Origin: Gordius albopunctatus
Lineage: Eukaryota
Assembly: GCA_964276515.1 (NCBI GenBank)
Contig: OZ193909.1
Coordinates: 21,142,001-21,206,000 of the forward strand
Direction of reading: 5' to 3'
DNA: 64,000 bases
The notes under the pieces are model-generated. The model did not search any database. It was not told the origin of the DNA and saw only the letters and a list, made by a program, of their open reading frames with translations. The position numbers were made by a program, and so were the translations under genes. Below are positions 50,101 to 63,702 of the stretch, in pieces. How positions within the stretch are numbered: position 1 is the stretch's first letter; each line of letters opens with the position of its first letter.

Positions 50101-53100
50101 ACCGTCCTCTTTACTTACCTTTCTGTACCTAGTCTTCGAATCCTCTTAAAATTATATAATATGTTTAAAAGAGGGTACATACTTGTTAATATTGAAATAA
50201 ATACACAAATAACATAAAATTAATAAAAATGTATTAGTCATATCGCTAGACAAACAAGAACAGTCTCAATAAAATCCCGGACTTAAAACAAATTGTGTCA
50301 GTTATAATCCAGTTCAGAATCTAAATTATTTATATCGGTTTAACTCGCATTGTTTTGCTATTATGTTCGGGCTGAAAAGGGCATAAAACAAAATTAACAA
50401 AAGTATGAGTAAACTGTTTTATAAAAGGCAATCTAAGCCGAGCTGAGCCCGCTTAAGGTTTTTTGTATTTTTTCCCCGAGAATTCTGGTTTATATTTTAC
50501 ACTTTATTGCAGTTAAAATATATAAGTATAGGATTAAATAGCAAGTATGCGCGCTGATTTCTAATAAAATTAAGGCCAATTGAAAAGATCTTAACACCGG
50601 CCTGTATTAACAAAACGCGCAAATGTTTTTCTAACATTCATTTTGCATATAACATTATGTCTCTTATTTATAAATCAATGATTTGACTAAAATATAAAGG
50701 GTACCATTGCCAAAAATTTTATTACCGAGATACAGTTGATGAAAAACATTTATTTGTAAATGGATTTTAAAAATATTTAAGCACAAGTGTTTTTAATTAA
50801 TTACCAATTAAGGCTAACTATAATTAAATAATGTTTCAGCTATATGCATTTATGGTATTTGAATGTAAAGCTGGTCAATATAAAATAATTGCAGATAAGG
50901 AGACTTGTAGTCGAAAAAGTTGTTGCGATGTGATTAGTATTCATAAGAAACTTTATGCCAAAAGGCCAGTCGACATTAAAAAACATGTTATATCAATATC
51001 ACATGTCCAATCACACCAGTGCTCCTTCCTTTCATTTAATAGTGTGGTGGTCATTTTTTGTAAGTTAATTAAAACAACCTATCATAAACCGAAGCAAAGT
51101 TAAAACGAAAATGTCATAAATATAGTTCAAGACACCATAATCAATTTATATAGAATAGTATTAATCAATAAGTTTAATAAGACGTCTTAGTTAGATATAG
51201 ATTAAACTTAGCTAATGAACAAGCTTTCATATACTAAAGAAGCGCGTTATGTCTATTAAGAATACCTTATTAAACCAATATTTATATATGACTTTTAATA
51301 TTGCTCACTGCACTTACTAGTTATTTATCAATGTCTCATTGAGGCATATACATTAATAAATCAAACCAAAAGCTGGAAATAGATGATAAGTTATTAAGTA
51401 ATTATACAGAAATACATGTAGGATTTTACTAAGTATATTAATTATTTCGATGCATTATGATTTGATATAAGAAAATATTGATTACACAATTGCTATTACC
51501 AAATAGTATGTATTTCATGGGGAGAAATATATACCATGATTATCAAAAAAATAATAATTTAAAAGCGGGAAAATATATGTCATATAAAGATTAAATCTGA
51601 AAATATTGTTCACTATTGGACAAATAATGCCATAAAGTGCCTTTTAAAAGAGTCAAAATTTTATAAATCAAATTATTTATTGTTACCAATTGACTTATAA
51701 AAATTTTATTTGAATTTTTTCTTTAATTTAATTAAACTTGTTTATTCACTTTAATGTATTATGACGTTTGAATGTATGCCGCAAAAAAGCGTACATCAAT
51801 TGCCTTGAATTATAATTTAAATAAAAAGAAGAGCTTGCAGCAAAATAATTTAATACCTTCTTTTAATGTTTGAGTGTAGCTGAAAGATGAATCTTTTTCA
51901 ACGATTATTATATCAAGGTTGCTGTATTTGTGTAGTAAATGGCCTTAATATAAATTAACTAGTAGTATCTAAAGCGCTATGTTGTTTTTCAGCCACGTGT
52001 TAATGGATCTGATAATTTATTTAACCAACTGGAAAGGTTGTATGAGAGAGATTACAAATGAAAATAAACAGATTTGCAATTAATGTAGGAGCCATTAGAG
52101 TTGATGTCGATTTTATTGATGTGAAACATAAACATCGATCCCTGCTCCTGGCTCCATAAAGTTGCCTTATTTTAAGCCTAAGCGTCAAAGAGAAATTTTA
52201 AGAACGGAGATGGAGAATTAGGTCTTTAATTTATAAAATTTTAAAAATATACAAATAATAATGTTAGACTAACTAGCCTAACGCCTTTCAGAATTTGCAA
52301 AAAGAGACTTTTGATTAGAACTAGAAAGCATTTATTTTACGTTATTTTATATTTTTAGCAAAGTCGAAATCAAATATAGGCAAAATATAAGGTTTGAGTG
52401 GTTGTTAGGGAGTCAAAAACTTAGGAGACATATACCATAAGTATATATAATAAAGCTGAATATCCGTTTCGGGCTGTCATGGGGGAGTTTTAATATGTAT
52501 ATTTATATAGAAAGTGATATCTATAATTAAGTGCAAAAATAACAACACGGAACATCCTATGTTCAATTTAGGTTAGATATGGCAATACGTAAATGTAGAA
52601 AAAGAGCCTTTAGATGCATAAATTCAAAAGAGGTATAAACTTTTTCTTTAAAAAATATCTTTGATTAATTTATATAAAAATGTGATTTTTCTAACTACTA
52701 CTATGCGTTTAAACTAAAGGAATGACGCCGTTGATCTGTTAAGGAAATCATATGGACTAGAACTATTTCCATTTGCCTTACTTTAAAATAGCATAACTAA
52801 GTGAGGATAAAATTGCAAAAGGGAAAAGCACATGGTAATTATTAACATGTTTTGTGTTGTTATACCGCTTTCGCGACAATGTTTATTGATAAGGTCAATT
52901 TCTCCTTTGTGCTGCTTTATACTAATATCTCCTTTTGCATGGGAATTTGGTAATGATTTAAGTTTATGTTGTATTACGTTAGTAGGAATGCTTTTACGTT
53001 TTTTGTTGCTTGTAATGGAATCCAGAATAAAAGCTCTTACATAAGTAAATCCCGTTGCAGCTCCAGTACTTGTATCTTTGTATGAGTTAGGAGCTACTTT

Positions 53101-53718
53101 GTTTAGGGAATCATTAGGATCTCTAAATAAATCGGGCGGAACTAATTTATCAGAAATGACTTCTGCTTTGACGCTCGTTAAAGTACCACATTTTTCCATG
53201 CTTTGTAATAGGCTAAGTGACGCTCCATTAATGGCGAACCAAGATCCATTCCTTTGAACAACCTGTAGACGAAGAGGGGCTTGAGCTCCATACCTGTAAA
53301 ATTTATTTTGATCTAAATTTGGGGGATGATCAGTGGAGATAATGCCTGATTGTCTCGATTCTTGCCTCCTTATGTTAATGGAGCACAATTGTTCTATGCT
53401 ACTAGTAAGCCAACTTTTTACTTTACAAGCCGGTAAATCGGACTTGATTTCCTTTGCTCCAGTGGCTGATATATTACCTAAATTGGAGTTAGGATTTATT
53501 GGTGCTCCTTTATTAATCGTACGATTGTTAGTTTGGCCAAGAGCATTTGTATTCTCATCATTTATTAAGAGTATCACAGATTTTGACAAATTATGCTGAA
53601 TTTCGCTCTGAATCTCCTTATTAATACCAGAATCTTCGATTGTGAAAGGTGTGCACGGTAAGGAATGGCTTCCCAAATACTGAATTTGTGAAGGTTGGAG
53701 ATATACAAAATTTTTCAT
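47101..53718 (-). CDS. Uncharacterised protein: putative degenerate ParB/Srx-like domain, acidic tract, two C2H2 zinc fingers (about 454 aa, 3 exons)
   Basis: Exons 53718-52866, 48268-48041 and 47384-47101 join through phase-1 GT-AG sites. The last exon encodes YPCNVC-x12-HQKDHKH and FICLIC-x12-HKTVLNHW; the middle exon is D/E/S-rich. The exon 1 donor is inferred from phase alone, and intervening exons cannot be excluded. Confidence 0.68.
47697..47946. mobile_element. Foldback MITE with 84-bp perfect inverted arms
   Basis: 47697-47780 is the exact reverse complement of 47863-47946; imperfect pairing continues inward. Confidence 0.88.
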
Positions 53719-54829
53719 TTAAGTTACATTGGCCCAGCTTCAAAAATTAACATTAATGGAATGTAGGTGCAAAACAAAATTTTACGAATTTGGGATAGAA
53801 TAGTATGTATTGTATTACACGTAGACGTGGGTTGTGTTATACACCATTATCAAGATTAAACAGAGAGCGGCAAGTAAGGATGGGGAAAGGCATATAAATC
53901 ATCCTTTCCACAGCGTTGACACAGTGATGGATGCAATAGCAATTATAGCGCGGACAAAATAATTTTTATTTCAAAATTTGACAAAAGAGGAATTTAGAGG
54001 CGAAAATTGTGATGCGATGAGAGTCATTTTTGCAATTCGTGCGCTGTAATGTTTACATTGACAAGTTTAGGTTTTTAATGAATTAAGGTAGGTGCTTGCT
54101 TGTGTGTATGTGAAAACGAGATTTTGAAAGCGGGGACTCAATTATTTTTCCAATATCCGGAGCACACAAAACAATATTAAAAGAAAGGTAAGAGTCGGTC
54201 GTCCTTTCCTCCTCTTATTTCTTATATGAGTATACCTATTATTCGTATAATTGCGGATGGCCTAGCTAGGTTTAATCTCCGAATTATTTTTTTACATAGT
54301 ATACAAGTTAAAAATCATATAAATGTAGCAAATTCTACCTACTATTCAATTAAATTGTGCTCTTGAATTTTTAAGTGAGCGCCTAAATTTTATATGCTAA
54401 AGCGTTTAAACTCATAATTATGGCAATTTTACTAGATTTTATGTATTTAATTTAACGACAGTGACTTTTTGCTTTACAGTAATGAATGATAAAGCCCGAT
54501 TATTGATTATAGAAATTATTGATTTTGATAATTATATTGTGCCTACCTATGGAAATTTAACGATCCATTATTATTTACATAACTAAGGTTATTCCAAATT
54601 GGGAGTCCTTAGGTGAAATTTTAAAAAAATTATAAAATTTGTTGATAAAACGCTCCTTAAATTATTTAAAAACTAAAAAATTTATATATATTTTACGAAT
54701 CATTAGCTAGTATTGTTTAATTACGTTGTAAAAAAATGCATTTTAAAATTAAGGGCATTTATATTTGCTTAATGCTATTATTACAAATCTAAATTTTACA
54801 CAAGTATCGATAAACTCTTATGGGCCTTA

Positions 54830-55619
54830 TCTATATATATAAAGTAAAGTGTATGTATATATGTTTATGTATGTATGTAAGGGCTAAATTCTGAAACTAC
54901 CGGCCCGATTCGCGCAAAAATTTAGCCGTAGATGCCCAGGGCGGCCAGGGGTTAAATAGCTTTTTCAGATTCCTAAAATACCTTTTTGTTTTAAAAATAT
55001 TGGACATTTCCCGGCCAGTTTCATTTATAGCAGCATATACAATAATGACGTCATACATACAAGGCTGAAGTTTTCTCGCATTAGATATTTAAAAGTATAA
55101 TAAAAATGTTACAGTCTACGGTCAAAATTATTGGAGTTTAACAAACTATTTAAATTGAATAAATAATATTTAAATTATTATCACATGGTCTATCATAGAA
55201 ACATATGTTTAATAATTATCCATCCTTCAATTATAATTATTTTATTATATTAAAGAAAACTGTATTTCAAATAAATCAGCTAACTAGAGAAATAAAATAA
55301 TGGTATTATTGTATAATAAGTAACAGCATGGATCAGAAATTTTTTCAAAAACATTTAATTTTAGTGGGATTTGATGACTAAAACAGAATTGGCATTTGGT
55401 TTGTCTTATTATATATAGACACTAAAAATAGTGGGTTCATAAAATGCATGACGCGATAAAATTCGTGCTCTAAATAAAAATATTATGGATATTTTATTTA
55501 TTTGAATTATTATCATTTCATATATGCCCACCCCATTTTAGATAAGTCTTATTAATAGGTTATTCTTATTTAAACACTTAAGGACTGAGCCAAAGCAACG
55601 CTTGGCCGGGCACAGCTAG
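54830..55619 (+). mobile_element. Complete non-autonomous Helitron (790 bp)
   Basis: Inserted between A and T; 5' TC, short (TATG)n, 3' hairpin CCAAAGCAACGCTTGG, then CTAG; no TSD or TIR. Confidence 0.9.
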
Positions 55620-57092
55620 TTTTACAATAAAATTCACAAAAGTTTACAGCAAAGTCCTTTATTTCTAGCAAAATTAGAGTTATATTACAAAATTGGATGC
55701 ACTTCAAATTATTAAAATAAATTTTAAATAGTTAAATGGTTAGATTATATATTTTTGAAAAATAAAACTATAATATATTAAATAGTATTTACTATTATTA
55801 GGGCCTATATTTTATCAGATTAGATTCGGTAAAATATATAAATATTAAATAACTCACAAAAATCGAATTGTTTTAGAAAAAATTAAACAAAAAATGTCAA
55901 AAAGCTGAATACTATTAAGTAATTAGTGCATCATATCCTTTTTAAGAAAAGAAATCTATAACACATAATGCTCATAATTAGATCTGTATTGGTCTAATTT
56001 CTAATATTATAAGTTTATTCTATGAATTTAGTTTTAAAACACTTTATACATACCTATGCGGATCCCATTTAATTCCTAAACATTTATATACAATTTAACC
56101 TTTAAAACTAAACCAAACATAATTTATTGTAAATAAAAATATATCGTATAAAAATATAAATAAATTTATTAAATTTAAAAAATGGCAATCAAAGAACCTA
56201 CATTAACAAAGAGCTTATAACAATTCTTTATTAATACAATAAAATTTATTACAAATAAAAGTGTTTTTAAAACCCTTTAATAATATCCTTATACTATATA
56301 TAAGCGTTTATAAAAATTTAGAAAAAAGGATCTTATGTTACATATATAAAACATCTCTCAAAGCAGTAAAACATTTAGATGTATTAAAATATTAAAAAAG
56401 ATTAACTTAGACATTCAAGAGCGGCATAGAACGCTTTGGGAATCGTGTATATATATGAAATTTTCATTGTTCAATCTAACTTCATAATTTTAGTGGTCGC
56501 GCTTAAAGATCTCGAATTCATGTTCAATCCCTTAATAGTACATATAAAAATTATTTTAAAAACATTCGCACTTTAATTTTAAATATTTATTTGATACAAT
56601 TCAAATAAATATGGCAGCTGAGATATGATTGATACAGTCGATTAGTTTTAAATTAGCGTATTATAACCATACATTTTACTAAATCCGATATTAACATGTC
56701 TGCTCTGATTGTGTAATAATAAAATAATAGCTAACAAAGCCAATAATCTTTTATGTGGCTATAAACGAGCATAGTAAAGTGTTTATGGAAGCTATTATTA
56801 TAGCAATTATTTGCATATTAATGTGTTTGATATTTAATCTTACTTAAAACCTATAGGTTATCAACCTATAATTGCTTACTCTTTCACATCGAATACTTAG
56901 ATTTTATTATAATCCCAGACCTGAGATCGTATTTATTGGTGTGTTGATGCAATATCGTTATTACAAATTTTTATAATAAATTATGTTAATTTTGCATACC
57001 TTCTAAGCATTATACCTAATAATCCTTTTCCTCCTAACTCATTAAACCTTTTAAAACCAAGAGCCATTGAAATTTTAAGCAACAAATTAAAT

Positions 57093-57147
57093 CCATGGGC
57101 AGAGCCGAGGGGGGGGGCAGGGAAGGGCGGTTACCCCCTCTAAAGCC
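57093..57147. mobile_element. CATGGGCGTAGCC-family MITE fragment, cut by a foldback element
   Basis: CATGGGCAGAGCCGAGGGGGG...CCCCCTCTAAA stops at the foldback boundary. Confidence 0.65.
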
Positions 57148-57403
57148 TTTGTTTGCAATAATGGTGTAATGTTGGATTGATGTAATGAGAGGATGGAAAT
57201 TGGTTTAGATATTTCGGTCGTCCAGCAACCATTGTCGATAATAATTAAAAAAAAAAGGAGGATTTGTAGTTAGTCATTCCTTCATTTATAATTTACCCCC
57301 TTTTTTTAATTATTGATAATGGTTGCTGGACGACCGAAATATCTAAACCCATTTACACCCTCTTATTACATCAATCCAACATTACACCATTATTGAAAAC
57401 AAA
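57148..57403. mobile_element. Foldback MITE with about 110-bp imperfect inverted arms
   Basis: TTTGTTTGCAATAATGGTGTAATGTTGGATTGATGTAAT...TTTCGGTCGTCCAGCAACCATT pairs with AATGGTTGCTGGACGACCGAAA...ATTACATCAATCCAACATTACACCATTATTGAAAACAAA. Confidence 0.85.
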
Positions 57404-57674
57404 TTCTATATTATTCAAAGGATTGGTATTACATAATAATTATACTATAGGCTTAACATTGTTAGAACAACATTTATTTAGCTTCTGTATAAATATTTGG
57501 CAAATGGTGACTTATAGAGAATATATAAGTTAAATTGAAAATTACATTTGAATGGAACGGTTTCTAAACCCAGACAGCTCTTTTATTTTTAGTGTTATGC
57601 TATTATTAGGTTCCCACAATATTCAAGCAAAGACAGATTGAAAGAGATTAAATAGCTTATTATGAGATAAATTT

Positions 57675-58248
57675 ACTCTGCACGGGTTGCCAAAAGCACG
57701 ACCCCGCCTGAGCCTCCGGCATATTTAATAAAATATTACGGGCTCTGGCCCAGGTCGGGCCTGATGGGGCACCCCGATCCCGGTCGAATCAATTAAGCCA
57801 AAATCAACTAACCATTTATAAAATGTGATTTAAACAATCCCAACTCGATATAAAATAAATATTTTAGCTTCAAAGTTAAACACCTGCCCCCTGTCTATAA
57901 TTAATATTTATCTCAATTGCAAATTTTGAGTAGTCATTAAAACTTTAAAAATAAAATAAGCAGATATTTTAAGTAGCTAATTCATTTTAGGCCTTTCTAG
58001 AAAATCTATTTTTTAACTTAGATTTAGACGTTAAAACAATTTGTTAAATAGTTTAGAATTACGAATAATAACAAACGAATTCATTCTAAATTTATGTGTC
58101 AAATAATATTTTCAAATGGAAAATTTAGGTTTTTATCAACAAAAATTGAAGAGGCGAGAATTAAATCAAAATATTTAAGTGTGGAGTCGGAGTCGGGGAT
58201 TGGTGGGCTAAGGCGAGGCCCGAAAATAATCTATTTCGCAGGAGGCCA
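57675..58248. mobile_element. Diverged TAGAGCCCTGCA-family hAT MITE
   Basis: Inverted similarity to 2546-3094, including the GC-rich subterminal ends. Confidence 0.6.
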
Positions 58249-60050
58249 CATTAACTAAAACTATTGCTCCTCCGTATGATATAATAACATACATTCCTCT
58301 CTCTAAATATAATTGCTAACGGGAACCACCTGTGATATTAATAATATGATGATGTAAAGCGCACTTGTAATCATTAAACTGTTTCTTGCGTAGTAAGAGG
58401 AGTGTAAACATTGAGTAAAGTAGTAGGCCTGTATTTTGATAAAAAGATAAGTATGACATTATTTGAGTGATATACTATTTATGAATACCTCAAGTCGAAA
58501 TAAGCACTTTCTGAACGAGTAAAAATTATATTTGAATAAGTTGAAATTAAACATGCCTTTGGGAAACATGATTTATTATAGTTTTAAAAGCTCAGGACTC
58601 ATCATCTGTCCTAATAAAATATTAATACAATCCTGCTGATAGGTTTCATTTTTTGCACAAGATTCTATATTATTTTTGATATATGCTGCTGGATTACAAG
58701 TAATAATCTAGTTATGAGTTAGTTAGTCCTTAACCACTAAAACAGTAGTTTGCTATTTTGGAAGCGTGATGTCAAATTGTAGTTAACACGCAAAGCGCAC
58801 TCTTATAATAGGCATTTATTCGTCACTGTTTTTTCCAAATAATTAAGAGCTCTAATTAATTATTACAATAAATATAATGCCTTGATAAATCCCTTAAATA
58901 TCTTAGCTAAGAGATGGATGGGATAAACAAAAATTTGATTATTATAGAAATTTGGTAAAATTATGTGCATTTTGAAATACATTTTATAGAAGCTTTTTAA
59001 TTTATTTTAGGAGTTTATAAAATATGATTCAATATATAATTAGGGGTTTAAATGAATTCCTGTATGCATGTAAGGAAAATGCAAAATAGATCTATAAAAC
59101 TAAGTATTTCACAGATTCAACTTAGATTATAAAAAATTTAGATCATAGACATTTATAGGTAAACCAATCACCCCCACCTAACGATTTTGACTACTTTTCT
59201 TAAAGTGCTGATCTCCGACGAATCCCATTCAAGGGGTGCACCATATAGCCAAGGGATCAGGGTAGATTCATCGGGTCGCATCCTTCCTCAAGCGAAGAGT
59301 CAGGCGGCTATAACTTTATTTTTTATTAAATACTCGTTTTTTGTTTGTTAATAAAAAAGATATATTTTTTTGGATTTTACAAAATTTTCTTTACTTTTAT
59401 TGTATGATTTTACTAAGTTTTTTCAATATTTCAAAAGTGTTTTTATATCTTATCCCTTCTACTACCAAAACTTTTAAACTTTTAAACGTTTTATGTTATA
59501 GCTATAATTTTTTTTGTTAATTTGTGCATTTACTTAGTTTTCTCCTAAAACTTTTTTTATTATTTCTTAGTATTTTAAAACCTTTCTATAGCTATTTCCT
59601 TGATTTGAATAACTAATTAAAAAATTATCTCTCTACTTGTTTCATTTAATTGTAAATTTTAAATTGAGAGCATTTAATTTCAACGGATACACTTTGGATT
59701 TTAGCAACTGTTTAGCTATAATAAAGAATCCTATTTTATGCCAATTAGGCTCTAATCATAAGTATAGATTAACTTAAAAAGTAGACACTTTAAAGAGTTT
59801 CTTATTTCATATATAGGGATATGGTTTTTATTGACCTAAAAAATTTATCAATTTCGGCTATAATTTAATTGACCGACATTTAACGTCAATTTCTTGCGTT
59901 TTTATATATTTTTTGTTTTGATTAATAATTTAATATCAGAAAACGAATCAATAAGTAATGCAAAATTTTAACTAAACTAATTTTTTGGCACACAATTGAT
60001 TAATTATGTACATAAACCATAGATAATAACTTCTTCAAATAGATACTAAT

Positions 60051-60190
60051 CATAAGCATAGCCAAGAGGTGGGGGGGGGGGCGGATGCCCCCCTTTAAAT
60101 CCAATTTTTTTTTGAAATTTATTAAAATTATGGCTAAAATTTCAAAAAATGTTTATTTCTCCCTAAATTTCAATGCTTGCTGCGCCCATG
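60051..60190. mobile_element. hAT MITE, CATGGGCGTAGCC family
   Basis: Family ends; TSD ATACTAAT/ATACTATT. Confidence 0.8.
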
Positions 60191-60405
60191 ATACTATTAC
60201 TAATAATAATTAATACACAACGAGTTTTTAAATAAATATCAGTTTAGTGCTTAGATTAGGACACTTACCATTAATTAATTATATCGTATTTAATCAAATT
60301 TGTACAATTAAATAACATAGCAGTGGAAACTTACATTTTGACATATTTCTAACAGAAAAATATATATCTAAGTTTAAATACTTGTTTATACATACAAGGT
60401 ATCAT

Positions 60406-60611
60406 TAGAGTTGTTAAATTGCTGCTAACTTTCTTCAAACTCCAGACGCGAGCACGCACACTGAGTTGCTTAATATGCGCGTTAGCACAATATGTGCTCG
60501 CTGTTTGGTGCACTAGGCGGAGCAGTAGCATATAAAAATGCTCGAGGGCCGAGCAGAAACTCGAGCAGATGGGAGCTGGAGTTGAAGAAAGTTAGCAATA
60601 TAACAACTCTA
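60406..60611. mobile_element. hAT MITE (TAGAGTTG family)
   Basis: TIR TAGAGTTGTTA/TAACAACTCTA, perfect TSD GGTATCAT, inverted copy of 11923-12121. Confidence 0.9.
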
Positions 60612-61366
60612 GGTATCATTATCGCTTTGATCTTAACTTAATATTACGTCAAAATAAGTTTTTTAATTTATTAAAAGGTTCATTTGCAAAACTTAATATT
60701 ACAAATTAATTGCGACCCGATATTGCAGATGCTATCACTTTTATACATCAATATAATAAATCATTCAAATAAATTTAGTAAACAAAAGCTGTGGTATCAA
60801 TTAGTATTATTGATCGCACATTAAATTTTACACACGCCAATTTTTCTTACTCTCGCGTCGAATACCAAAATTTACAACGCGTTCGGGAGGAATTTGGTTA
60901 AAATATTTAAGCGTTTTCGGATCGGGCCGGGTCGAATTTGGGTTCAAATTTTATAAAATTATTTCGGGTCGGGTCGAGTGGGTTGAAAAAAGTGATTTTG
61001 CAGTTTTTACTCCACATGCATCGACTTTAATCTTAATTATGACCCCATGGCCCTTGCCGATGATCTCTAGTTTAACAAATACAAGTCGCACTTGGATTCT
61101 AGTGTTTTTATTTCAAAAGTTTCCTTCTGTTCAAGATCTTATGGAAAAATGGCCTAGGCTTTATTAAAAGAAACAGGCAGGTGATCCCCACTTCTAAATA
61201 TTCTACCGCATTTTTAGGAAAATAATCGCAAAATTGAAATTCTAATTTTTTGTCAATTTCTGGCATCTTTTAAAAAAGGAAAAAAGATGAAGACATATTA
61301 CTCTTATAAAGTTTAACTAATACTAATATTATCATAACAAAAAATATAGCTACTTAAAGTTGTCCT

Positions 61367-61547
61367 CATGAATGTAGCCAAGGGGGGCTGGGGGTGGGGG
61401 CCAGGAGGTGGCAGCTGCCCCCCTCTGAATCCCAAATTTTGTTGAAATTTTAAAATTATGGGGCTAATATTTCTAAAAATGATCCTTTTTTCCCTCCCAA
61501 AATCATTATTGCCCATCTAATTCCAATACTGGGTACGCTGATAGCAT
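61367..61547. mobile_element. hAT MITE, CATGGGCGTAGCC family
   Basis: Family body, with GTTGTCCT on both flanks. Confidence 0.8.
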
Positions 61548-62516
61548 AGTTGTCCTTGTTTGTCCCCTTCGTTTTTGTAAGGAGAGTATGCGACGCTTAA
61601 ATGCTTTAATTTTCTCACATTTATAAAAGTTTAGTAAATAAGAATAATTCTCGCTATATAAATACTGCTATTTACAACTAACTTCAAGTTGAGCGTTATA
61701 AAATAGGCAAGCTCACATTATGGCATTAGCATATTAATCTCGTTGACTAGTTCTATAACCTTTTATATAAAGCCCCAAATGTTAACATGGTATTAATATC
61801 TATTAAAATATATTTACACTTGTCGTTATAGAAACATTAGTTTGTCTGTCTGAATATGTAAAGGTTGTTATCATCGCTTAATATATAGATTACATTAGAC
61901 ATATATACGACATAAATGCTACTTTGCCAGTAAGCTAATAGTTAGTAGCGAATAGTTTAAACAATTTCTTTAACTTTATCCACATCGATAATAGTTGCGT
62001 CCATTAAACTTAATAATACAAATATTTTTATATTTCTTGTTTGTAAATTATATTTCACATTTTTATAATCATTTCAGGCATGATTTAAAGCCAAAAAGCA
62101 TTTAAATGAATTGGTAATACTTTGCCAACTTAGATGTCAAGATTAATGGCCTATTTCTAACATAAGCATTTTGAAAGAAGACAAAAAATGGGCATTACAA
62201 AATTAATCTATTTAGCATATAATTATGACTTTGATTTGACCACACTCATTATATTATTCCTATTTAAATATATACTTTCTCGTTTTTACTTTGAATAAAA
62301 TTTATCGATTTCTAGTTTATCTACTTGTATATTAGCAACCTGAATATTTTTTTAAACTTAATATACCAAGTTAAATGCCTTGAAGAATGGAAAAAATAAA
62401 TATACCAATTTAAAGGCCTTGAAGAATAGAAAAATTTATTTATTTAATTTGTTTATCCTTGCACAAAAACATTTATACTGGCAAATAAATAGAATCAAAT
62501 TATGCTCAATTTATAT

Positions 62517-63556
62517 TAGAGATCTGCACGTGCAGGAACGGACGGGCTTCATAATAATTTTAGCGGGTCGGACCCGGACGGGCTTATTAATTAATGAAAC
62601 GGGCTCGGGTGGGCCTGAAATTATCTTAACCGGCTTGAACGGGCCTGAGATTTTATTAACGGTCATGGAATTACAAAGGTCCTTAAAAGTCAGGCAACTA
62701 TAAATATATAATTTTTATTAATAATATGACTATTAATTGCTTAATTTTTTAACCTCCAATTTTTGTATATCCTGTAGCATTTATTCCTTTCGAGCGCTAA
62801 ATTTGACCTTAGAACATTATTATTGTATTTGTTATAGATTTTTGTTTACATAATTTAAGATTATAACTTGGAATAATATATCCTTTTATAAGTAAGTTCA
62901 ATTACTTAGTAACAATGCACCAAAATTTTTGTGTTTAATTTGATTATAAACTAATTATTATTAAGGCCATATAATTTAATAAATATTTTTGTTCTAATCT
63001 AGGTGTATTAACTGATATAAATTAATCACATCAATGTAAACTGCTTATTGAAAGTTGAATATTTTCATGTAATTTTATTAAAGTATTTTAATTTAATGGT
63101 AACAATAATTTCTAACTTCTTTGGTGTATCAACTTAATTTAATCAAATTAAAAAGTGTTGAAAGTGGAATATTCTCATCTAATTTTTTATAGTAATTTAA
63201 TGGTGGCACTATATTAAAAAACTTTACGTGTATTAACTGGGGAAATAGTTGATGATTTATTATTTTTACATCATAATCATTGATGTTTTGTTTATAAATA
63301 AATCATAAAATAAAATTATGCGAAATTTTTGATGAATTGGGCCTGGCGCGAAGTTTTAAACAAATTTGAACGGACTTGAGCAGGCCTCACGTTTTTTCAA
63401 ACGGGTACGAACGGGCCTGAAAAATTTACGGACGGGCGCAGACGGGCCTGGAGTGCTGAAAAAAAAATTACGGACGGGCTCGGACGGGCCTTGAAGTTTT
63501 GAAGACGGGCGGGCGGGCGGGCCGGCCTACTAAAAACGGCCCGTAGCAGATCTCTA
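62517..63556. mobile_element. Non-autonomous hAT element (TAGAGATCTGC family)
   Basis: TIR TAGAGATCTGC/GCAGATCTCTA; TSD ATTTATAT/ATTCATAT; ACGGGC subterminal repeats at both ends. Confidence 0.88.
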
Positions 63557-63702
63557 ATTCATATTGAATCAGTTTTGTCAAATCTAAATATGTGAATACA
63601 TGCTTGATAATATAGACTTTAGCGTAAAAACTTCCATAGATTAATTATGAGAACTATAGGAATAATAAAATTTAAATGCCGAATCTTATACTTTATTCAA
63701 CA

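Noticed and set aside
50831..51103. 90-aa Cys-containing ORF
   Set aside because: No recognisable motif or splice context; it is antisense within a predicted intron and likely arose by chance.
62380..62703. 107-aa ORF with repeated GPEI motif
   Set aside because: It reads through the subterminal ACGGGCCTGA repeats of the hAT element starting at 62517.
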